Part shown: positions 59,630 through 64,000 of the stretch, in pieces
How the letters are laid out: each line of letters starts with the position of its first letter
Position numbering within the stretch: the stretch's first letter is position 1
Sequence record: PV874203.1
Direction: 5' to 3' (one strand)
Length of the DNA: 64,000 bases
From: a phage
Made by a program: the position numbers and the translations under genes
Notes under the pieces: model-generated
What the model saw: only the letters and a program-made list of their open reading frames with translations
Told to the model about the DNA's origin: nothing
Databases searched by the model: none

Positions 59630-60156
59630 CAGTAGACAGTGTAACTGTTAGCCCTGCGTCTTTATCAAGTCTAGAGACAGGGGCTACTCGGCAGTTCACT
59701 GCAAGCGCGGAGAAAAGTGATGGTTCTACCGAAACAACTGGCTTTACTTGGTCAGTGACAGGAGGTGGTACTATCACTCAGTCGGGTTTGTATACTGCTC
59801 CGAGTGCGTCTCAATCCACTGATGTATCCATTACTGCAACTTTAGAAGGTGTTTCTGGTACAGCAACCATTTCTGAAATTGTTGATCCTACTCCTACTAT
59901 TGTAGCTAAAGGTCCAATTACTGGTAAGGTAGGCGGTTCTACTACAGCTTTCACTACAATGTTTACCGTTACCAATTCAGCTGCTTCTAACTATACTTTC
60001 GTAGTAACTCCTCCGGAAGCTGGTTCTGTAAGTGCTGCCGGTCTGCTGACCTTGGCTGATGCTGCTTCTGGTGCTGTAAGTGTTAAAGCCACCCACTCTA
60101 CGGTTTCGAGTGTTACGGCTACTTGTGAATTTACAGGTGTAACTCCAAAAGAGTAA
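59617..60156 (+). CDS. Capsid C-terminal extension in the -1 frame: Ig-like (BIG2-type) domains, probable decoration
   Basis: -1 frame reads GKGGGVTVDSVTVSPASLSSLETGATRQFTASAEKSDGS...TWSVTGGGTITQSG...; pattern resembles bacterial Ig-like domain 2. Track lists only 59755..60156. Confidence 0.5.
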   Translation, partial: GGGVTVDSVTVSPASLSSLETGATRQFTASAEKSDGSTETTGFTWSVTGGGTITQSGLYTAPSASQSTDVSITATLEGVSGTATISEIVDPTPTIVAKGPITGKVGGSTTAFTTMFTVTNSAASNYTFVVTPPEAGSVSAAGLLTLADAASGAVSVKATHSTVSSVTATCEFTGVTPKE

Positions 60157-60165
60157 AACTATAAA

Positions 60166-60190
60166 GGCTGCCTTCGGGTGGCCTTTTCTT
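60166..60190 (+). terminator. Rho-independent terminator after the capsid region
   Basis: Hairpin GGCTGCC-TTCG-GGTGGCC followed by TTTTCTT. Confidence 0.55.
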
Positions 60191-60217
60191 GTTTTAAGAC
60201 CTATACAAGCTAGTGTG

Positions 60218-60226
60218 TAATGTATA
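60218..60226 (+). promoter_or_regulatory. TAATGTATA motif (putative promoter element)
   Basis: GTGTAATGTATATTC 34-42 nt upstream of the ATG at 60260, followed by AAGGAGG. Confidence 0.35.
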
Positions 60227-60259
60227 TTCTTTGTCTACATATAACAAGGAGGACAACCT

Positions 60260-61012
60260 ATGGCAATGCCAGATGTTCAATACCCCATCAATACCTATGG
60301 GTGGCTAAAGAAGGCCGTGGCCCTCTGGGCAGATAGGGACGATGATGAATTTGTTAATCAGATTCCAAACTTTATTAACTTTGCAGAGAAAGAGATTTAT
60401 CGTAACTTACGTATCCCTCCTCTGGAAAAAGAAGTGTATTTAGATATTAAAGATGGAGTAGCTTATATTCCTCCTGATTACTTAGAAGCTCAATGGATGA
60501 TGAGAGCCAAAGATGGCACAATCTTCCAAGTAACATCTCCTGAAGAGATTAGCTATCGTAGACAGCATGGAACAATTAGCCCATCTCATTGGAATAACCA
60601 ACCTGTTAACTTTGCTCGTTTCGGTAGTCGTTTCATTTTCTATCCTAGCATCGAAGCAGACACTCCGTATTATCCGGATGATGGAAGTCCTTTGATTCCA
60701 GCAGAAAACTCAGTAATTCTTAGTTATTATGCAGACCCACCGGAATTCCATGAAGATACAGATACTAGTGCTATTCTTACTATTGCACCAGAACTTCTTC
60801 TGTATTTCACTCTACGTCATGCTTGCTTGTTTGTTCAAGATGATAATGGAGTTCAGAAATGGTCTGCATTAGGAAAATCTATCCTTGATGAAATGGTAGA
60901 GCAGAATAAGAAACAAGAGTACTCAGGTTCACCTATCGCAATTCCGAATAACATGACTCGACTTCAGAGCAGCTTGCCTGATATTTATGGTATTCGTACT
61001 TCTCGTGTATAA
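60260..61012 (+). CDS. Putative virion structural protein
   Basis: 250-aa ORF between capsid and tail fibre genes with own promoter-like motif and strong RBS. Confidence 0.5.
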   Translation: MAMPDVQYPINTYGWLKKAVALWADRDDDEFVNQIPNFINFAEKEIYRNLRIPPLEKEVYLDIKDGVAYIPPDYLEAQWMMRAKDGTIFQVTSPEEISYRRQHGTISPSHWNNQPVNFARFGSRFIFYPSIEADTPYYPDDGSPLIPAENSVILSYYADPPEFHEDTDTSAILTIAPELLLYFTLRHACLFVQDDNGVQKWSALGKSILDEMVEQNKKQEYSGSPIAIPNNMTRLQSSLPDIYGIRTSRV

Positions 61013-61021
61013 GGAGATAAT

Positions 61022-63865
61022 ATGATCGTTTATAATAACCAAGCACCTGATGCAGTGAATAACGTTGGGCAGTTTGGTGCTACGGAAGGCTCTATCGGAG
61101 CTTATAAGCAAGCAGCAGAATACGCAGCTGACTCCAAATATTGGGCACTGCTAGCAGAGTCTAAGTTTGGTACAATTGATGACTTGATCGCTGAAGTAGA
61201 ACGTCTGTATCAACAAGGTGTTCTGATGAAGCAGGATATTGAAGATCTTAAGCAGGATTTTAAAGATCAAGATGCTCGTTTGATGACCCTGATTGCTCAA
61301 ACTAACGCAGCGGTCTCTGATGCTAATAACGCTGTTGCTCTTATTAACCAGAAACTTATTGAAGTCCAGAAACAGCTTGATGTTCTGTTGGGAATGTCTG
61401 TTGATGTAACTACCCTTCCTCCGGGAACTCCAGCTACTGGCTCTTTTAATCCGAGCACTGGTGTAATCTCTTTAGGTATTCCAGAAGGGGATCCCGGAAA
61501 GGATGGCTCTGTTAAGGATTTGGATACAGCACCTACTGGTGTTCCAGAGTTGGGCGACTTAGGTTTCTATGTTGACAAAGATGATAACACTGTTCACAAA
61601 ACCACTCTAGAGAGTATTGCTAACTTAATCCCGTCTGTTCGTTCTGTTTCTGTTAACGGCGGCCCGGCTCTTGATGGAGAGGTTGCTCTAACAATCAACA
61701 AAGAGACAGTAGGTTTAGGAAATGTTCTGAACGTCGCTCAGTACAGTCGTCAAGAGATTAATGACAAATTTGACAAGACTACCAAGACATACCAATCAAA
61801 AGCAGAAGCTGATGCTGATGCTCAGTATCGTCAAGTAGGTGAGAAAGTTTTAGTTTGGGAAGCTACTAAGTATGAATTTTATACTGTTGCTGCTAACAAA
61901 ACATTAACTCCTGTTAAGACTGAAGGTAGAATCCTTACTGTTAACTCTCGCTCTCCAGACTCAAGTGGTAACATTGATATTACCATTCCAACAGGAAACC
62001 CATCTCTGTATCTTGGTGAGATGGTGATGTTCCCTTACGACCCAACTAAGAATATCTCATATCCGGGAGTTCTCCCTGCTGATGGTCGTCTGGTATCAAA
62101 AGAGTCTGCTCTAGATTTAGGCCCATCACTTGTTAGTGGTCAGCTTCCTGTGGTCTCTGAAACAGAATGGCAGGCTGGTGCTCGTCAGTATTTCTCTTGG
62201 GGTAAGTTAGCAGATGGGGTTACTGATGCAGATTCTACTAATTTTATTAGCATTCGACTTCCCGACTGGACTGGTGGTGAGGCTATCCGCTCTCCTGACT
62301 CAGGTAAGGATTCCAATTACAAAGGGCGTGTTCAATCTCAGATTCCTTACATTGTAACAGTAAATGGAAAAGCTCCTGATGACGCTAATGGTAACGTAGT
62401 CCTCACAGCTGATACTGTTGGGGCTTTTAGTGTATCTAATAACTTGTCTGAGATTACGAACACAAGTCAAGCTATTAAGAACATAGGACTTGCTGATTAT
62501 GGTATTGGTAGCCCTTCATTAACTGTTAAAAGAAACTTTGATTGGCAAACTTATGAGTTCAAGAATACAGAGAAAATGTTAGTGGATGCGGAAACATGGC
62601 TAAACCCTCCAGTAATGATTAATGAGGGGTGGGTATGGGTTGAGGTTATTGGGGTAACTGTCAATACGTCTACTCAGAACCTTTCTGCTGAGGTTCGGCT
62701 GGTTAAATCAACAGGGAGTGATACTACATATAAAACCTACTCGGTTCGTATTCTTGGTCCGGTAGGCAGTCGCACATTTCTAGCACGGGAAGAGTTATCT
62801 TCTGCTATCCCGGTAACTCTTGCACAGGGTGGTACAGGCGCAAAAACTGCTGATGGTGCTCGACTGGCACTAATTGCAGCTAAAAGTGGGGATAATTATG
62901 ATATCACATCCCTCCACAATCTCACTACAGCGTTATCAATAGGACAGGGTGGGACAGGAGCTACTACAGATGCGGCAGCACGTGTTAACCTAAAAGTTGA
63001 TAAACTTGTCCAAAGTTCAACTGACACTAAACTTTTAGATGGTTCAGGAGACCACACATTCTTTATTACAGATACTGATTGGGGGTATTTCAATAATTCT
63101 GATTCTTCTAGAATTGCCCTACCAGTAATCAGTGGTGGTACAGGAGGGAAAACCCCAGCAGAAGGTTCTGAGAAACTAGGGGCAATGCATTGTTGGTATG
63201 GTCAATCAACATTCTATGGTAGTGAGGATTTGCCAACCGGCATTGGATTCTATAGCCAAGACACTTCTCCATTCCCAGGAGGTAACGGAGCACCTTATTC
63301 TTATGCAGAAATAATGACCATATCGGAAGGTGGGCGTGGAGGTAACTGGTCTCAAATAGGGTTCTCTACTATCACGAACCAAGCCCCTCGTTATAGACAA
63401 AGAACTAACGACCCTGCTTTGATCACAAACTGGAGAGATTTCTTAGTAAGAGATTTAAATACGACTGTAGATGTTAATGGTTTTGTTAAGATTGCATCAC
63501 CTATAGTCAAACTAAAATCTGATGGCTCTTCTGAAGTTAATGACCAAGCCCAAGGAGTAACAACCGAAAGACTAGATGTTGGTGTTTACAAGATATCCGG
63601 AACTTTAGGGTTTAACTCGGATGCATCTTGGGGCGGTATTGAAGGTGGTTTTTCTATTCCACAAAACTCCAACGGACTACCTCTTCTTTGGGTTGATTAT
63701 GAAGTTGATGAAAAAGGTGACATTACTTTGAAGACTTATCATCGAACCCATGAGGGAGTTCCTTCTTTTGCTAGTAATGTAATAGAGGGTGTAGTAGATG
63801 GAGAGCCTATTGATATCCCTGTTGGAAGATGGATTGACCTTCGTGTTGAAATGCCTTCTAAATGA
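61022..63865 (+). CDS. Tail fibre protein
   Basis: 947 aa with three copies of the fibre repeat (LAQGGTGAKTADGARLALIAA, IGQGGTGATTDAAARVNLKV, ISGGTGGKTPAEGSEKLGA) and a Gly-rich beta-type C-terminal region. Confidence 0.7.
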   Translation: MIVYNNQAPDAVNNVGQFGATEGSIGAYKQAAEYAADSKYWALLAESKFGTIDDLIAEVERLYQQGVLMKQDIEDLKQDFKDQDARLMTLIAQTNAAVSDANNAVALINQKLIEVQKQLDVLLGMSVDVTTLPPGTPATGSFNPSTGVISLGIPEGDPGKDGSVKDLDTAPTGVPELGDLGFYVDKDDNTVHKTTLESIANLIPSVRSVSVNGGPALDGEVALTINKETVGLGNVLNVAQYSRQEINDKFDKTTKTYQSKAEADADAQYRQVGEKVLVWEATKYEFYTVAANKTLTPVKTEGRILTVNSRSPDSSGNIDITIPTGNPSLYLGEMVMFPYDPTKNISYPGVLPADGRLVSKESALDLGPSLVSGQLPVVSETEWQAGARQYFSWGKLADGVTDADSTNFISIRLPDWTGGEAIRSPDSGKDSNYKGRVQSQIPYIVTVNGKAPDDANGNVVLTADTVGAFSVSNNLSEITNTSQAIKNIGLADYGIGSPSLTVKRNFDWQTYEFKNTEKMLVDAETWLNPPVMINEGWVWVEVIGVTVNTSTQNLSAEVRLVKSTGSDTTYKTYSVRILGPVGSRTFLAREELSSAIPVTLAQGGTGAKTADGARLALIAAKSGDNYDITSLHNLTTALSIGQGGTGATTDAAARVNLKVDKLVQSSTDTKLLDGSGDHTFFITDTDWGYFNNSDSSRIALPVISGGTGGKTPAEGSEKLGAMHCWYGQSTFYGSEDLPTGIGFYSQDTSPFPGGNGAPYSYAEIMTISEGGRGGNWSQIGFSTITNQAPRYRQRTNDPALITNWRDFLVRDLNTTVDVNGFVKIASPIVKLKSDGSSEVNDQAQGVTTERLDVGVYKISGTLGFNSDASWGGIEGGFSIPQNSNGLPLLWVDYEVDEKGDITLKTYHRTHEGVPSFASNVIEGVVDGEPIDIPVGRWIDLRVEMPSK

Positions 63866-63872
63866 AACAAGA

Positions 63873-63895
63873 ATGCTCCCTTCGGGGAGCTTTAA
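63873..63895 (+). terminator. Putative terminator / attenuator
   Basis: Hairpin GCTCCC-TTCG-GGGAGC followed by TTT. Confidence 0.45.
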
Positions 63896-63906
63896 GGAGA
63901 AATAAA

Positions 63907-64000
63907 TGTCTAGAGAATTAATGCCCAAATCTGGCATAATGATGCCTCACGTAGTTGTGACCAGAGATGCGGCTGTTGTTGGTGTTTCTACAGTAGATGG
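63907..64000 (+). CDS. Hypothetical protein, 3'-partial (runs off the window)
   Basis: AAGGAGA RBS then ATG at 63907; frame open to window end (MSRELMPKSGIMMPHVVVTRDAAVVGVSTVDG...). Confidence 0.45.

Overview
The window reads as a large segment of a virulent dsDNA phage genome with a T7-like replication and packaging core but a much larger gene set, an own sigma factor, one tRNA-Arg and many homing endonucleases. I think it resembles phiEco32-like (Kuravirus-type) podophages, but that is from memory and unverified. Layout: a 5'-partial, very large plus-strand virion protein ends at 4006 at a convergent terminator; a 46-kb minus-strand block (4051-49767) carries replication, nucleotide metabolism, lysis and accessory genes; an ORF-free divergent region follows (49768-50617); a plus-strand late block (50618-64000) carries terminase, portal, scaffold, capsid and tail fibre. 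No integrase, CRISPR array or rRNA was seen. The most interesting locus is a minus-strand cluster at 25855-31636 (possibly to 35237) combining a gamma-glutamyl cyclotransferase-like protein, an ATP-grasp ligase, an Ntn glutamine-amidotransferase-like protein and a glutamine-synthetase-fold amidoligase. The families are known and I recall this phage-borne association being predicted bioinformatically, but no product or target is established. Other notable signals: the amidotransferase gene appears to start on AUU; the DNA polymerase and the large terminase are each interrupted at a catalytic motif by a homing-endonuclease-bearing insert consistent with a group I intron; the capsid gene has a GGGAAAG -1 frameshift site leading into Ig-like domains; and there is an array of at least 8 paralogous small ORFs. 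All calls rest on reading motifs by eye; no searches were run, and every 'resembles' statement is recalled family knowledge, not a computed hit.
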